Below are positions 28,401-37,073 of a DNA stretch of 64,000 nt, one piece after another. The translations under genes were made by a program, and so were the position numbers. The notes under the pieces are model-generated. The model was not told the origin of the DNA. It saw only the letters and a list, made by a program, of their open reading frames with translations, and did not search any database. The DNA is from Nannocystales bacterium. Its GTDB lineage: Bacteria; Myxococcota_A; Polyangia; Nannocystales; Nannocystaceae. Within the stretch, counting starts at the first letter, position 1. Every line of letters begins with the position of its first letter. The stretch spans positions 206,879-270,878 of the forward strand of contig JBOEGF010000014.1 of NCBI GenBank assembly GCA_050633305.1. Reading direction: 5' to 3'.

Positions 28401-29015
28401 GATCTCCAGCCGCGCGCCACGGTCAGCTCCGACCTCGCCGACCGTATCCTGACGATGCCGTTGTTCAGCGCGACTCACGGAGAGGCGATGACGGGGTGGA
28501 GAGTCATTCGGGTGTTCTGCGCGGAGTTTGCGACCGCGCCCAGCCGAGCCCGTGACGCTGTCCTCGAGTTGACCCGCGAGGATCTCTCCGCGCATGCTCG
28601 GAGCTGGATCGACCGGCACCTGCAGGAGGCTCGAGTGGTCATCAAGCCCGCCCCTCCACCTGCGCCTGCGCCTGTCGGCAACTGGGTTGGGCAGGATGCG
28701 GGCCTACTCCAAGACGCGGTGCTGCACTGGCTACGCGTTGCTGGAGGGCTGGAGTTCGTCACCCACGTCTGGGTGCACGGCCAAGACCTCGACGGGTTGT
28801 GCTCGCTGGAGGGGAGCAGCGTGTTCATCAACCCCGCACATCCGCGGACCACCACCGCGCGACAGCTGCGCACTCCCGCGTCGTTGGCGTGGTTGCTCCT
28901 GGGCGTCTTCGCCCACATCAACACCCGGGCGGGTGACGTGGAGAATCGGCACGAGCGAGCGTTTCAGCTCGAAGTCGCGGGTGCCCTTCGAGAGGGTCGG
29001 CTCGCCTGGTCCTGA
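25413..29015 (+). CDS. Large (1200 aa) protein with a degenerate HSP90-like GHKL domain
   Basis: ATG 25413 overlaps the upstream stop (ATGA). YILELIQAAVAN, GTFIRI, and C-terminal FINPAHP. Confidence 0.75.
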   Translation: MSSISAVIERARAGGVYTEKKRFTIARGRAIEKMRRFALADPYFYILELIQAAVANDAEYIEISTDDGEMTLAYVGGGLKKDDLANLFDYLFASKDRADIGHLRELALGINAALLFKPDRVIVESGDGTLQGTTRMEMHGAHDGVDIGTPERALTGTFIRIEGMSRGKLPKVLQRILDLGDRPREFDVVDVRCLAAPVPIILNHDSLFGFSAQRTPGMLGYRRTLSFDEGDLYGTLALANAGTRSEFDLLMWGVLIQSREHDLVRGTSLAGIVCFDRLRKTADHSGIVDDERMAEMWARLQPYAHELIHGNSARGITTLTQLDGTLVPATEVRPMVRENRRVILTPPRTVDSEHDRGIAREISRRLGAPVFCGHESMASSLRAMSAGALSVVSFDPANASDVAALRQSESEPPARPWLTPVIDLEPLTTADVLARIIGVHRAYDADDPAVQAEARNKAWWLGTGGNVNAAVFTPQSVRSTDALTVEVLTTQRLLWSGSLPSSHPGHVLRIELPDAKPSVLVSKRLKGTQDALCLDVARVMAVHAAPALRRAAGRAVESLSDRDVQPRTPAAALALRAAVRTCVPRLGTTDEGKPRVVLEQIDANHLDLRNLPLFRTLGGGALSLQQVAAAMSRCEGLIYGVLEGVPASLEGLDTSEVLSLDLEEERRVIQIFGESSYIRIDEREVLAQHGEACVRDIAVGLRSYPDHPLLVEVGDPAAHEAELVRGLIDRFVGRSPTAPPETWPREAWQECRRHAGRILQHYVCELLRRGLETPVPEVFELPLFLDPDDGAFCVAGVVDAMRRPGGLPLVYGHAFGGAELGALAKASESETAASGMPYTLAASSSLHHVLARLGPVRVAFDFDLTHGDAEASTKPQAWLRSTVVEAAGVEGVVGIPREPVGHPDIAVLLPDGGRSRALASLAVEYGCVGWIRLDANAQWDESNLAELERGVREACEACLQSIFVDLARGESIPQRERCESLLLDHAARHLSLITQTDLQPRATVSSDLADRILTMPLFSATHGEAMTGWRVIRVFCAEFATAPSRARDAVLELTREDLSAHARSWIDRHLQEARVVIKPAPPPAPAPVGNWVGQDAGLLQDAVLHWLRVAGGLEFVTHVWVHGQDLDGLCSLEGSSVFINPAHPRTTTARQLRTPASLAWLLLGVFAHINTRAGDVENRHERAFQLEVAGALREGRLAWS

Positions 29016-29017
29016 AC

Positions 29018-29377
29018 TCAGCCGGTGGAGGCGCCGCCAGCGGCTCGGATGCGGGCGTGCAGTCGAGCCATCTCGCTACGGGTCAGTAGACCCGAGAGAA
29101 GGTCGCTGATCGTCTTGCCCTCCTCGAGAGGGTGCCGCAGCGGCGTGGAGAGGCTGAGCGTGTAGTGATTGCGCCGGCCCTCGCGCTCCTTGACCACCAC
29201 GCCTGCCGTGGTCAGTTCTCCGACGATGCGATGGATGGCACGCTCGGTGACCCCGACCTGCTCCGCGACCTCCCGAAGCGTGATGTCCGGATCGCGCGCG
29301 AGGCAGACGAGCACATGGGCGTAGTTGCTGAGAAACGTCCAGCTGTGTTCGGCGGCTCCCTTGTCCTTCGGCTTCAC
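29018..29377 (-). CDS. Winged helix-turn-helix transcriptional regulator
   Basis: WTFLSNYAHVL...TLREVAEQVGVTERAIHRIVGEL...EGRRNHY...PLRHPLE. Divergent from the ABC/HlyD/TolC operon. Confidence 0.85.
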   Translation of the reverse strand: MKPKDKGAAEHSWTFLSNYAHVLVCLARDPDITLREVAEQVGVTERAIHRIVGELTTAGVVVKEREGRRNHYTLSLSTPLRHPLEEGKTISDLLSGLLTRSEMARLHARIRAAGGASTG

Positions 29378-29405
29378 GGCTGAGCGTCTCCCCGCTCAAT
29401 TTACG

Positions 29406-29459
29406 TTGACGCTGGAGTCATGTCAATATATACATGACATTGAGTTCATGTTTTGAACT
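29406..29459. promoter_or_regulatory. AT-rich divergent promoter/operator region
   Basis: TTGACG-17-TATACA (29406-29434). Inverted repeats GTCATGT-N8-ACATGAC (29417-29438), ATGTCA-N9-TGACAT (29420-29440) and AGTTCA-N5-TGAACT (29443-29459). Confidence 0.6.
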
Positions 29460-29484
29460 TCAGGAAAGACGAGTCCTGATAAGA

Positions 29485-31590
29485 ATGACTGCACTCGACC
29501 GAGATGTTCCGCCCCGGGTGATGGAGTCCGAGTACGCTGCGATCGCCCACGCGCTGGAGGTCGTGGCCGAGGCTGCTGGGAGCCCAGTTCGCGCCGAGGA
29601 TGCGATGCGGGCGGTTCGTCGATGTCGTAGGGCATGTGCCTCCTCGCTGGAGGCCGCCGAGGTTGCCGCGGCCGAGTTGGGTCTCAGCGTTCGTCGCCGC
29701 TCGCCACAAGCGGACAGGGTGGTCGCCATTCCGTCGGTGGCCGTGCTCGATGATGGCCGTTGGCTGGTCGCAACCGCTCGTCGTGGGCACCGGGTTTTGG
29801 TGTCGCTGGTCGACGCGCGCACAGTCGCAGCGGAGACCCTGTCGTTCAAGGAGCTCGACACGCTGACCCGTGGCGGCGAAGTCCTGCACTTCTCGCCTCG
29901 GCTCGCGCTCCAGGATGTCTCGGCGCAGTCCCGCCCGAAGCTTCGGGGGCGGCCGTGGCTCCGTCTTCGTGCGTTCCTTGGCATCGAAAAACGCGACCTG
30001 GGTGTGGTGGCCGTCTATGCGGTTGTCATCGGGCTCCTGACGCTGGCCACTCCCGTCGCGGTGCAGGCGGTCGTCAACTCGGTTGCGTTCGGGTCGACGC
30101 TGCAGCCGTTGGTGGTCCTCACGCTGTTGCTGTTCGGAGGCCTGTCGTTCTCCGCAATGCTTCGGTTGCTGGAAGCCTACGTGGTCGAGGTCCTGCAGCG
30201 CCGGTACTTCGTCCGTGTTGCGGACGACTTCGGCCGTCGTCTGGCGAGTGTCCCCGTGACCGAGCACGACAAGCGCTTCGGTCCGGAGTTGGTCAACCGA
30301 TTCTTCGACATCGTCGCGGTCCAGAAGTCCCTGTCGACCCTGTTGCTGGACGGCCTCAGCCTCGCCCTGCAAACGGGCGTCGGCATGATCTTGCTCGGCT
30401 TCTACCACCCGCTCTTGCTGTCCTTCAACGCAGTGCTGGTGACGCTGCTGATCTTGGTGATCTTTCTCGGCCGCGGTGCTCTGCCGACCGCGAACAACGA
30501 GTCGGTGGCCAAGTACAAGGTCGGGGCATGGCTCGAGGATGTCGCGCGCGCACCTCGGTTGTTTGTGGGCGCGTCCGCACGAGACCACGCTTGGAACCGC
30601 TCAGACATCCTGGCACGGGACTATGTCGCCGCGCGCAAGAGCCACTTTCGGGTGCTGTTGCGCCAGCTCTCCGGCGGGATGTTTCTGCAGGTCCTGGCCG
30701 TGGTCTCGCTCCTGGGCGTGGGGGGCTACTTGGTGCTGACTCGCCAGCTCACCTTGGGACAGCTCGTTGCGGCCGAGCTCATCGTCACGGCGATGGGGGC
30801 GGGGTTCAGCAAGGTCGGCAAGAACCTGGAGAAGTTCTACGACCTGGGGGTCGGGGTGATGAAGATCGGGGCGGTGCTGGATCAGCCGACGGAACGTGTC
30901 GGCGGGGAGCGTCCGCACGGCTCCGGCCCGTTGCAGATCTCGGCGGGAGCCGTCTCGGTGAGCCGGGGCGGGAGGACACTGATTCGCAACGTCACGCGCG
31001 ACATCGAGGCCGGGTCCCGGGTGCTCATCGATGGCGATGCCGGGGTGGGCAAGACTTCGTTGCTCGAGGTCCTCGGCGGCGTTCGCATGCCGGCCGAGGG
31101 AGGCATTCAGCACGACGGCCTCGACCTTCGGCGGGCCGACCTCGGCTCCATCCGCGACTTCACCGTGGTGGTGGGCCAGCCCGAGTTCGTTGCGGCTTCG
31201 GTGCTGGACAATCTGTTCCTGGGCGGGGTGCCCCTGCCCGAGCCCGATACTCGTCGACTCCTGAGGTTGCTCGAGATGGAGGACGCTGTCGATGCGCTGC
31301 CCAAGGGACTCGACGAGCCGATGACGCCGCATGGCAGCCCGTTTTCCGAGCGTCAGCAGCGGCGACTTTCCCTGATTCGTGGGATCGCACATCAACCACG
31401 AGCGCTGCTGATCGATCGCGGACTCGACGGCCTGGCGCTCCCGGACGCGGCGATGGGGAGGCTGCTCGACGAGCTGTTCGATGGCACCGCGCCCTGGACG
31501 TTGGTGGTCGTCTCCGATGACGACGCGGTTCGTCGTCGCTGCACTTCACGACTTCGCATCGTCGAGGGGGCGCTCGAGGTGGTGTCATGA
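29485..31590 (+). CDS. Type I secretion-type ABC transporter (C39-like N-domain, TMD, NBD)
   Basis: TMD motifs (LATPVAVQ, LTLGQLVAAEL), Walker A GDAGVGKT. Signature, Walker B and H-loop are degenerate. Confidence 0.85.
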   Translation: MTALDRDVPPRVMESEYAAIAHALEVVAEAAGSPVRAEDAMRAVRRCRRACASSLEAAEVAAAELGLSVRRRSPQADRVVAIPSVAVLDDGRWLVATARRGHRVLVSLVDARTVAAETLSFKELDTLTRGGEVLHFSPRLALQDVSAQSRPKLRGRPWLRLRAFLGIEKRDLGVVAVYAVVIGLLTLATPVAVQAVVNSVAFGSTLQPLVVLTLLLFGGLSFSAMLRLLEAYVVEVLQRRYFVRVADDFGRRLASVPVTEHDKRFGPELVNRFFDIVAVQKSLSTLLLDGLSLALQTGVGMILLGFYHPLLLSFNAVLVTLLILVIFLGRGALPTANNESVAKYKVGAWLEDVARAPRLFVGASARDHAWNRSDILARDYVAARKSHFRVLLRQLSGGMFLQVLAVVSLLGVGGYLVLTRQLTLGQLVAAELIVTAMGAGFSKVGKNLEKFYDLGVGVMKIGAVLDQPTERVGGERPHGSGPLQISAGAVSVSRGGRTLIRNVTRDIEAGSRVLIDGDAGVGKTSLLEVLGGVRMPAEGGIQHDGLDLRRADLGSIRDFTVVVGQPEFVAASVLDNLFLGGVPLPEPDTRRLLRLLEMEDAVDALPKGLDEPMTPHGSPFSERQQRRLSLIRGIAHQPRALLIDRGLDGLALPDAAMGRLLDELFDGTAPWTLVVVSDDDAVRRRCTSRLRIVEGALEVVS

Positions 31591-32918
31591 GTTGGCTCCG
31601 CAGAAACCGGGTCGCACCGACTCCGCTGTCCGCAGCCGGGACCATCGACGGGGCCCGAGTCCTGGCCTACATGCTGGTGCTCGCGCTCGTCTTGTCCATC
31701 GCGGCGCTGGTCTTCACACCTTGGCAGCAGTCCGTTCGAGGCGGAGGGCGGGTCACCGCCTATGCACCGCTGGAGCGGCAGCAGAGTGTCGAGGCTCCGG
31801 TAAAGGGACGGGTGGTTCACTGGTACGTCCAAGAAGGTGACCACATCGAGGCGGGGCAGCCGGTGGTCGACCTGGCCGACAACGATCCCGAGTTGATCGC
31901 TCGCCTCGAACGCCAGCGGGCTGCGGTCGTCGCTCGGATGGAAGCAGCGCGATTGACCATCGTCGTCGCCGACGCGAAGACGGTGGCGTTGGATGGGTCT
32001 CGTTCGGCAGCGTTCACCAGCTCCTCGCTCAAGTCACTGATCACCAAGGACAAACTCGAAGGGGCGCAGCGAGCCTACGAAGCCGCTGATGCGGAGAAGG
32101 AAACCGCTGGGTTGAACCTGAAGCGGGTGGAAAAGCTGCACGCAGAGGGGCTGGTCTCGACCCGGAAGCTCGAGCTGGCGCAGATGAAGGCCCGCACCAC
32201 AGCGGCCAAGCTCAACAAGCAGAGGGCTTCGCTCTCGGCCGCGAAGCGGGAAGTCAAGGCTGCCCAGGCGGACCGCTCCAAGATCGACGGCGAGGCCGAG
32301 GCCAAGGTCGAGGACGCGAAATCGTCGATGCAGAAGGCGAAGTCCGACGTCGCGAAGGCGCAGGCCGACCTCGCCAAGCTCGACGTGAAGCTCGCGCAGC
32401 AGCGACAGATGCAGGTGGTGGCTCCCCGCGCGGGCACCGTGTTCCAGCTGTCGGCCAAGGAGGGAGGTGAGGTCGTCAAAGAAGGCGATGCACTCGCGAT
32501 CCTTGTTCCCGATGTCAGCGCGCGTGCGGTCGAGCTTTGGGTCGATGGCAACGATGCCCCGCTCATCACGCCGGGGCGTGAGGTTCGGATCCAGTTCGAG
32601 GGATGGCCTGCCGTCCAGTTCGTCGGATGGCCATCGGTCGCAATCGGGACGTTTGGCGGAGAGGTCGCCTTCGTCGACTCGACCGACAACGGCGAGGGAA
32701 AGTTCCGCATCGTCGTGACCCAGCTTGCGGGGGAGGAGTGGCCCGACTCCCGCTACCTACGACAAGGCGTTCGCGCCAACGGCTGGGTCCTGCTCAACCA
32801 GGTGAGCTTGGGCTACGAGCTGTGGCGCCTGTTCAACGGGTTCCCACCCGCGGTGTCCGCCCCTCAGGATGCTTCCAAGTCCTCTTCGGGTGGCAAGGGC
32901 AAGGTGGCTGGAAAGTGA
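31587..32918 (+). CDS. HlyD-family membrane fusion protein
   Basis: N-terminal TM, VEAPVKGRV...VQEGD lipoyl-like half, long coiled coil, VVAPRAG, QFEGWPAVQFVGWP. Confidence 0.9.
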   Translation: MSWLRRNRVAPTPLSAAGTIDGARVLAYMLVLALVLSIAALVFTPWQQSVRGGGRVTAYAPLERQQSVEAPVKGRVVHWYVQEGDHIEAGQPVVDLADNDPELIARLERQRAAVVARMEAARLTIVVADAKTVALDGSRSAAFTSSSLKSLITKDKLEGAQRAYEAADAEKETAGLNLKRVEKLHAEGLVSTRKLELAQMKARTTAAKLNKQRASLSAAKREVKAAQADRSKIDGEAEAKVEDAKSSMQKAKSDVAKAQADLAKLDVKLAQQRQMQVVAPRAGTVFQLSAKEGGEVVKEGDALAILVPDVSARAVELWVDGNDAPLITPGREVRIQFEGWPAVQFVGWPSVAIGTFGGEVAFVDSTDNGEGKFRIVVTQLAGEEWPDSRYLRQGVRANGWVLLNQVSLGYELWRLFNGFPPAVSAPQDASKSSSGGKGKVAGK

Positions 32919-34312
32919 CCCGTACCCTCGCGCAATCCCTGCTCGTGGCGGCGGTGTTGCTCGCCTCTGGGTGGGCAAGGGCTGCCGCCCCGTTGCGCTT
33001 GAAGCAGGTCCTCGACTCCGTGCAGGACACGCATCCGACACTCGAAGGCGCGCAGCAGAAGCGCGAGGCCGCCGAAGGGAAGGCCTTGTCCGCGCGAGGC
33101 GGATTCGATCCCAAGGTCGCGCTCAAGGGCAAGTGGACTCCGGTCAGCTACTACGAGAACGCGCAAATCGACGCCACGATCGAGCAGGCCACGCCGTTGT
33201 GGGGCGCCTCGGTTTACGCCGGATATCGCTTCGGTTGGGGCGACTACCCCGCCTACAAAGGTGACCTTCGCACCCGAGAGTACGGAGAGTTGCGAGCCGG
33301 AATCAACGTCCCCATCTGGAATGGAGGGCCCATCGACGGACGCCGGGCCAAGATCGCGACGACAAAGGCAGGCATCCAGGATGCCGATGCACAACTCGAC
33401 GCGACCGCGTTGGCCCTCGAGCGTGAAGCGGCGCAGGCGTATTGGAGCTGGGTGGCTGCGGGGCGAAACCTCGCGATCACCGAAGGGCTCCTGGAGCTGG
33501 CGCGGGCCCGGCAGAAAGCGCTGGATGCTCAAGTGGACGCAGGCGCGATCGAAGCGATCAAGAAAGTCGACAACGAGCGGTTGGTCTTCTCCCGAGAAGC
33601 AAAGGTCGTCAAGGCTCGGCAGAAGCTCGACAAGGCCTCGATCGAGCTGTCGCTGTACTACCGGGATGCCAAGCTCCGCCCGATGAGGCCGAGCGCCGAT
33701 CAGGTCCCGGCCGAGATCCGGGATCCGGGTCCGCCGTCGTCGGTCTCGCTCGACGCGGGCATCGCCGAAGCGCTGGAGCGGCGACCCGAACTCGCCGCAC
33801 TCGATGCGCAGCGAGATGCCGCAGACGTCGAGGTGCGCCTCGCGAAGAACCTGCGGAGTCCCGATGCTTCGGTGCAGGCCTTCGGTGCGCAGGACTTCGG
33901 TCCGGGGACGATTCAGCCCTCCGCCGAGTTTGGCGTGGGGTTCGTGCTCTCGATCCCCATTCCGCTGCGCAAGGCTCGGGGCCACCTTCAGGTTGCCAGG
34001 GCCGAGTTGGCCGGTTTGCGTGCCAAGGTCCGGGGAACGAGGGACAAGATCGAATCAGAAGTCCGCAAGGCACACGTCGCGTTGGTGGCGTCGCAACGGA
34101 CGTGGGACCTCGCTCGCAAGCAGGCCGACGCGGCGTCGCGACTCGCCGACGCGGAGCGCCGCAAGTTCCGCGAGGGCGCGTCCGACCTTGTCGTTGTCAA
34201 CTTGCGTGAACTCGCCGTCGCCAGTGCGCAGGCCTCGGTCGTCGAGGCGGCCGCGGACTATCACCGTGCTCACGCTGACTTTCGGGTCGCGACCGGGCGG
34301 AGCCCCCGGTGA
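32915..34312 (+). CDS. TolC-family outer membrane protein
   Basis: GTG 32915 overlaps the HlyD stop. Signal peptide, two OEP-like repeats (ALERRPEL, ERRKFREGASDL). Confidence 0.9.
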   Translation: MTRTLAQSLLVAAVLLASGWARAAAPLRLKQVLDSVQDTHPTLEGAQQKREAAEGKALSARGGFDPKVALKGKWTPVSYYENAQIDATIEQATPLWGASVYAGYRFGWGDYPAYKGDLRTREYGELRAGINVPIWNGGPIDGRRAKIATTKAGIQDADAQLDATALALEREAAQAYWSWVAAGRNLAITEGLLELARARQKALDAQVDAGAIEAIKKVDNERLVFSREAKVVKARQKLDKASIELSLYYRDAKLRPMRPSADQVPAEIRDPGPPSSVSLDAGIAEALERRPELAALDAQRDAADVEVRLAKNLRSPDASVQAFGAQDFGPGTIQPSAEFGVGFVLSIPIPLRKARGHLQVARAELAGLRAKVRGTRDKIESEVRKAHVALVASQRTWDLARKQADAASRLADAERRKFREGASDLVVVNLRELAVASAQASVVEAAADYHRAHADFRVATGRSPR

Positions 34313-34316
34313 GCGC

Positions 34317-35903
34317 TCATAGGTTCGCGAGGTCGATGAGCTCCTGCATCGGGGATGGTGACCCGTGCACACCGACGATCGTATCGATCTGAAGACCCCG
34401 TGCGGTGACGAACTCGAGCAGCAGCACTGCACGCTCCCGCAACACGGCGCGGGTCTCTTCAGTGTAGCCCTCCCACCCGAAGACGAAGCCGCCGTTGAAG
34501 ATATCGGCGACGAACAGCAGTCGCTGGGCCGGGAAGTAAGCCACGAGCATGTCGTCGCTGTGGTCGGTGGGGAGCATGAGCAGCTCGAACGCATGCTCGC
34601 CCGAGCCAACGGTCGCGGTCTCGTCCACAGCCACCACCTCGACATCTGCGTCTGGACCGTAGCCATCGGGCACCAGGTCATGCGTTGAATCGAGCACCTC
34701 TTGCACGAACGGAACCGAGGCGGCACCGACGAACAGCTTGTCGGATGCTCCCGCGAAGGTTCGAACCCCGCCGAAGTGGTCCATGTGTTGGTGCGTTGCC
34801 ACGGTGGCGTAGATCGGCTGCCCCTCGAAGTGGGCCTGGATCGCTGCAAGCACCGCCGCCGACCGATGGTGGTTGAGCGAGGGCTCCAACAGGACCACGC
34901 CTTCGTCGACCTCGACCGCCAGCGACACGTAGCCGAGCTCCGGCGAGCCTGTAACCGTGTACACGCCGTCGGCGAGGACTTCGATCTGGACCTGGTCCAA
35001 AGGCAGGTCCTGCGAGAACCCGAAGGCAAACATGCGGTTGTACCACTGGGAGGCTAGCGTCCCTACGCGGCCCTGTTCGGGGTCGTAGGGAGCACTCGCG
35101 AGGACTTCGAAGGCGTCGGCAGGGGTGGCAGGGTTGAGCTCGATGCCTGTCACGTCCTCGGTCCGCACGACCTCCGATGCGAGGGTGTGGGTGATCGCGC
35201 GCGGGTAGTGGGTGTCGCCGACCGGTTGCCAGTTATCGTACGCCACAACGAACGAGACGTCGCCGAGTAGAGCATCGGATTCCATGACCGTTGCGGTCGC
35301 AGGCAGATGGGTCGTGGGGTCGAGCGTCATGTGCACGGACGGCAACCCATCGCCCAGCGGGAGCGTGAGGTCGGTGCTGCCGGCCTCGACCATCTCGGTC
35401 AGCAACGCGAGTGGGTTGGCGAGCAGCTGCGTCTTGCGGATGGCCTCGAGACGTGACGAGTACAACGGAGTCGCAGCGGACTGGCCAAAGTAGCGGCTCC
35501 CGAACCCGTGCACGCCCTCGATCGAGCCCTGCGTACCCGCGATGGTGAGGGTGGATTCGCCCTCGTAACCGAATGGGTAGATGAAGTTCTGGTTCCAGTC
35601 CAAGCGCAGCGCATCAGCGTCGCGGTCCGAAAGCTGGGTGTAGCTGAACGTGGCCGGGCTGTGCGCCAGACCGGTGAGCTCGGGCCCTTCTTGGTGGAAT
35701 TCCGAGAAGGCTCCCGTGACCTCGAGCTGCATCGTTTCGATGGCGAGCAAGGTCGGGAGGCCACCCAGCGCCTCGACCGCCCGCTCCTGTGGACTGGGGG
35801 GCGGTGGGTTGGAGTCGTCGCATCCCAGGAGCGTGACAGCGGCGAGGGTAAGCGCGAGGGGTCCGCGATGGGCGTGGGAAGGGTGAGAGTGGGTCTTGGA
35901 CAT
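34317..35903 (-). CDS. Metallo-beta-lactamase-fold hydrolase lipoprotein
   Basis: Lipobox LLGC, THQHMDHFGG (HxHxDH), HSDD, FVADIF, VHG. Confidence 0.85.
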   Translation of the reverse strand: MSKTHSHPSHAHRGPLALTLAAVTLLGCDDSNPPPPSPQERAVEALGGLPTLLAIETMQLEVTGAFSEFHQEGPELTGLAHSPATFSYTQLSDRDADALRLDWNQNFIYPFGYEGESTLTIAGTQGSIEGVHGFGSRYFGQSAATPLYSSRLEAIRKTQLLANPLALLTEMVEAGSTDLTLPLGDGLPSVHMTLDPTTHLPATATVMESDALLGDVSFVVAYDNWQPVGDTHYPRAITHTLASEVVRTEDVTGIELNPATPADAFEVLASAPYDPEQGRVGTLASQWYNRMFAFGFSQDLPLDQVQIEVLADGVYTVTGSPELGYVSLAVEVDEGVVLLEPSLNHHRSAAVLAAIQAHFEGQPIYATVATHQHMDHFGGVRTFAGASDKLFVGAASVPFVQEVLDSTHDLVPDGYGPDADVEVVAVDETATVGSGEHAFELLMLPTDHSDDMLVAYFPAQRLLFVADIFNGGFVFGWEGYTEETRAVLRERAVLLLEFVTARGLQIDTIVGVHGSPSPMQELIDLANL

Positions 35904-35988
35904 GAGATTGCGTCCTCTGTGCTCTCAACCGTACGGAGCCCCGACGCATCTCTCAAATCGATAGTTGTGCTAGTTAGTATTCGCGAAA

Positions 35989-36960
35989 ATGATGTCTTCG
36001 GGACACACGCCCATCAACACCAACGTGAATCTGCTGGTGGCACTCGACTTGCTGCTTGCCGAGTGCAGCGTGTCGAAGGCCGCCCGCGCTGCAGGCATCA
36101 CGCAGTCGGCCATGAGCAACGCGCTGGCCCAGCTCCGGTCCCTGCTCGGCGACCCCCTGCTTGTTCGCGTGGGTCGGAGCATGGAACCCACCCCGGTGGC
36201 CCTCGCCCTCATTCCCGAGCTTCGGTCCGGGGTGGATAGCTTCTCGAAGGTCCTCGCGGGGGAACGCGAGTTTGACCCCTCGACCAGCCGGGAGGACTTT
36301 GTGTTTGCCCTCAGCGATCGGGTCGAGGTTCTTCTGTTGCCCAGCCTTCTCACGGCTGTCCGCCAGGTCGCGCCGGGTGTCTCCATCCAGGTGCTGTCGT
36401 GGGGGCACCTGGCGCCACACCCGGGGTTGGCGGATGGCGGTGTCGACCTCAGCAGCGGCATCATCATCGACAAAACCTCGCCGGCTCACGACCATCGGAG
36501 ATGGCCGTCCGCGGTGCCTGGCCTGGCCAAGGGCATGCACGGTGAGCGGATCTTTCACGCGGGACTGGCCACGATCGTCCGTAAGGGGCATCCCGGGGTC
36601 GGCAAGCGTCTGACGATCAAAGCCTTTGCGAAGCTCGAGCATCTGCTGGTCACCGACGGGAGAGGCGCGACGGGAATCGTCGATGACGCGCTATCGCGGG
36701 CGGGTCTCCAGCGTCGGATCGCAGCCCGGGTCCCCCACCATCAGTTGGTCGGTGAACTGGTTGCCACGACAGACCTCGTCGCCACCATCGACCACCGGAT
36801 CGCCGCCCGCCACGCCCAGGAGTACGATCTTCGACTGTTCAAGACTCCTGTCGACCTGCCACGGGCTGGGCTTGGGATCTTCTGGCACGACCGAACCCAT
36901 GCTGATCCTGCGCGCCGATGGCTTCGGGCTCAGGTCCAGGCCGTCGCGGCCGCGATCTAG
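35989..36960 (+). CDS. LysR-family transcriptional regulator
   Basis: NLLVALDLLL...SVSKAA...ITQSAMSNALAQLR...DPLLVR...MEPTP and WHDRTHADPARRW. Divergent from the MBL gene. Confidence 0.93.
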   Translation: MMSSGHTPINTNVNLLVALDLLLAECSVSKAARAAGITQSAMSNALAQLRSLLGDPLLVRVGRSMEPTPVALALIPELRSGVDSFSKVLAGEREFDPSTSREDFVFALSDRVEVLLLPSLLTAVRQVAPGVSIQVLSWGHLAPHPGLADGGVDLSSGIIIDKTSPAHDHRRWPSAVPGLAKGMHGERIFHAGLATIVRKGHPGVGKRLTIKAFAKLEHLLVTDGRGATGIVDDALSRAGLQRRIAARVPHHQLVGELVATTDLVATIDHRIAARHAQEYDLRLFKTPVDLPRAGLGIFWHDRTHADPARRWLRAQVQAVAAAI

Positions 36961-37073
36961 GTCGGACGCTGCGCCTGCGGCGTCTGGTCGCGCGGCCCAT
37001 CGTCGCGCGGCAGACGGGTCGCTGGGACCGTTGGACGCACCCGTATGCCTCGCCGGCTTGATATCCGGCGGCC

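Noticed and set aside
29760..31520. 586-aa alternative-frame ORF, and similar long Arg/Ala/Gly-rich ORFs (for example 20383..22233, 22773..24284, 16320..17594)
   Set aside because: Typical stop-poor shadow frames of high-GC genes, with no motifs, each fully overlapping a well-supported CDS.
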